From the NCBI RefSeq assembly GCF_001194135.2, contig NC_068982.1, positions 163,501,533-163,565,532 on the forward strand: a DNA stretch of 64,000 bases, read 5' to 3'. Each line of letters opens with the position of its first letter. Positions within the stretch are counted from its first letter, which is position 1. A program made the translations under genes and the position numbers. Shown here piece after piece: positions 61,661-64,000 of this stretch. The notes under the pieces were generated by a model, which was not told where the DNA came from, searched no databases, and saw only the letters and a list, made by a program, of their open reading frames with translations. This DNA comes from Octopus bimaculoides. Lineage: Eukaryota.

Positions 61661-62684
61661 AATATATAGAGAGAGAAATATAGAGAGGTATGTATGTATG
61701 TATGTAAAACTCAACTGATTTAAACTTACACACTGAAACCTTTACCGAGGACCAAAAGTTTTGGAGTGTAAGTTCAAATCATTTGAGCACAACTGATTGT
61801 TTTCTATATAGAGAATCTCTGGATCTCATCTGTTGACTCTATGACCAAAAGCTTTAAATAAAATATACAATCTCTATTTTCTATACTGAGTACTTTTTTT
61901 TCTTGTAAACAAACATTCTACAAAAAAATATTACACACGCACACACACACACACACACAAATATATACACATACAAATACACATATCCATATGATTCACA
62001 TGTGTGACTAACTCACATAGTCCTACTTAGATGGATATTTTCAGAATCAGAAAATATTGATCTAGTTGCTTTCTTGCCCCTTATATCCTTAATGGCTATT
62101 TCAACCATATAACTGTCAATTTCTATGGCAAGTCCCTCTGTTGATTCTACTTGGGAAAGATCCTCTCCTCCCATGAATTTTCATCATTCAGACAAGTGCA
62201 TTGCTATCATTTTACCAACAATGTTCTTTTTTTTATTGGTCCACTGCTTTCAATTCAGAAACTCATATTTATGATTTTCAAAATGTAGAACATGGTGCAA
62301 AATTCTTGCTTGTGCTTTTCTCTTTCATAAATATACCTAACATCTAGCTTCTCCTCTAGCTATCTTACATTTTTCCTTGCTCTCCCACCTTCATCCTTTC
62401 TTTCCAGGCCTGTCCCTTAACTTTTATGACACAAGCTACCAAATCAGATCATTTTTCATCTGGCTGGGACTTTGCTCTATTCACAGATGTAGCCTGTGGC
62501 TCACAGCAGGTCATCTCATAAAAATTAACAGTTGTCTTCTAGGCTAAAGGTTTGTATCTCCTCCTTTTCAGCATATGCATCTCTGAAACTATATCTGGTT
62601 TAGGGATCTTTCAACTTCCATTCTTTCTTTCTCTAGACTGTCTTGTATCTTTGAATCTACCAAGTACTTCATTAATAACATTGA

Positions 62685-62886
62685 TTCCAAATTTTGGCAC
62701 AAAGCATGCAAGTTTTGGGGGGAGAAGTAAGTTGATTTCCTCGATCCCAGTGCTCAACTGGTACTTATTATATTGACCCCAAAAGCATGAAAGGTAAAGT
62801 TGACCTTGGCAGAAGTTGAACTCAGAACATAAGGAGAGATGAAATGCCACTAAGCATTCTGTTAGTGATTCTACCAGCTCACCACC
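62685..62886 (-). mobile_element. SINE family B copy
   Basis: ctcaactggtacttattatattgaccccaaaagcatgaaaggtaaagttgacc...gattctaccagctcaccacc. Confidence 0.85.
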
Positions 62887-62920
62887 TTACTTGTATTGAT
62901 AATATTAATCATTAGTTTAG

Positions 62921-63155
62921 GGTGGCGAGCTGGCTGAATCGTTAGCACACGGGGCGAAATGCTTAGCAGTATTTCATCTGCTGTTACATTCTGAGTTCAA
63001 ACTCCGCTGAGGTCCACTTTGCCTTTCATCCTTTCGGGGGTCAATTAAATAAGTACCAGTTACGCACTAGGGTTGATGCAATCGACTTAAACCCTTTGTC
63101 TGTCCTTGTTTGTCCCCTCTATGTTTAGCCCCCTGTGGACAATAAAGAAATAAAT
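62921..63155 (+). mobile_element. SINE family B copy (head-to-head with the previous one)
   Basis: ggtggcgagctggctgaatcgttagcac...ctgagttcaaactccgctgaggtccactttgcctttcatcctttcgggggtcaattaaataagtaccag. Confidence 0.9.
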
Positions 63156-64000
63156 ATTAATCGTAAGTCTACATTGAGTGGTACAATCTTTGCCAGGATG
63201 AAATTCAGTCATAATCAGCTATTAATCCAATTTCCTGGTGAGTATGAAATCTGATTTACTTGTTCACCAGAATGGCAGTTATTCAGATGGTTGACCAGTT
63301 TCCTGAAGTTAGTGTTGCAAATGGTTAGGTGATTTGCATCACAGAACCCCAAGAGATTTTATCCCTTGTCATTCTGCATACCTTAACCATAGTTACCATC
63401 ACAGTGTTGCCCAACATGTTCATTAAATCCAGCAACCAATTCAGTGTCCATGATAACAGGGCTGCTGTCATTCATTACTGATGCAGTCTGCAAGAGGGCT
63501 CAATGAAATGGTTCTTTTGCTCATCTGCTAGTCCTGATTGACATACACATGCAGAAATCACTACTGGTGCTGAGCTGCTTAAAACTAGCTCAAGCTTAAT
63601 TATTCTCTCGCATGTTCTCTCCTCTGAATCTGCACATACTCAAACATTTAATCAAACCATTTCTCTGCCAACTATATGTGCTCTACAAATACCAGTGTTG
63701 TTACTCATCCAGAAAACTTTCTACCTGTAATCCTTGCCTGTCTATATTGTAAGAAGGCAAATGCACCCAAGTTCTTTATATTAATAGAAACTTCAGCTTT
63801 TAAAGCTGTTAACAATGGACCGAAAAGCAGTAAATCACTAAAAGCACGTAGACATTGTTTGCCAAATCCTATTCTGGGCCATTTTTAGCACTAAAAAGAA
63901 ATTAATTTATAAAGACACATGAAGATTTATCTTGTAGCTGCTTTCATTTAATGAGGCAAAATAATATTTTTAGACATAACTTATGAACATATATATATAT

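Larger units (their letters stand above)
61990..63890 (-). mobile_element. Heavily degraded RTE-like LINE (APE endonuclease to pre-RT linker), interrupted by two family B SINEs
   Basis: GFNEHVGQHCDGNYG*GMQNDKG*NLLGFCDANHLTICNTNFRK (about 63290-63450) matches the APE GDFNGHVG...GYG.RN..G..LLEFC...L.I.NT.F.K motif. VESTEGLAIEIDSYMVEIAIKDIRGKKA (about 62060-62150) matches the RTE linker ending V..AIK.MK.GKA. Upper boundary uncertain. Confidence 0.7.

Noticed and set aside
1-64000. tRNA genes, rRNA, CRISPR arrays or prokaryotic systems
   Set aside because: tRNA-like A/B boxes occur only as SINE heads, no repeat-spacer array is present, and the sequence is clearly eukaryotic and repeat-rich.

Overview
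AT-rich, repeat-dense eukaryotic DNA from a short-read draft assembly, with many N gaps that mostly border (TA)n, (CA)n or (GA)n tracts. The repeat families point to an octopus genome (inference from recall, no database search). I find no complete protein-coding gene, rRNA, true tRNA or CRISPR array. Almost all ORFs in the supplied track come from microsatellites or gaps, or are transposon relics. Supported content: (1) inactive DNA transposons (a DD37D maT-like element, a DD34D mariner, a TTAA-flanked MITE, a small foldback MITE); (2) degraded non-LTR retrotransposons (RTE-like, R4/Dong-like, CR1/L2-like); (3) many copies of three SINE-like families, called A, B and C here; (4) one fairly good orphan minus-strand exon (46550-46609) plus weaker exon and microexon candidates, so the window may be intronic. 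The most unusual signal is at about 38310-38490. It is a minimal Penelope-type hammerhead ribozyme scaffold whose ribozyme strand appears to carry clustered A-to-G substitutions, a possible genomic fossil of ADAR hyper-editing. Several pre-miRNA-like or palindromic hairpins are also noted. All alignments and folds were done by eye. SINE and LINE boundaries are approximate.
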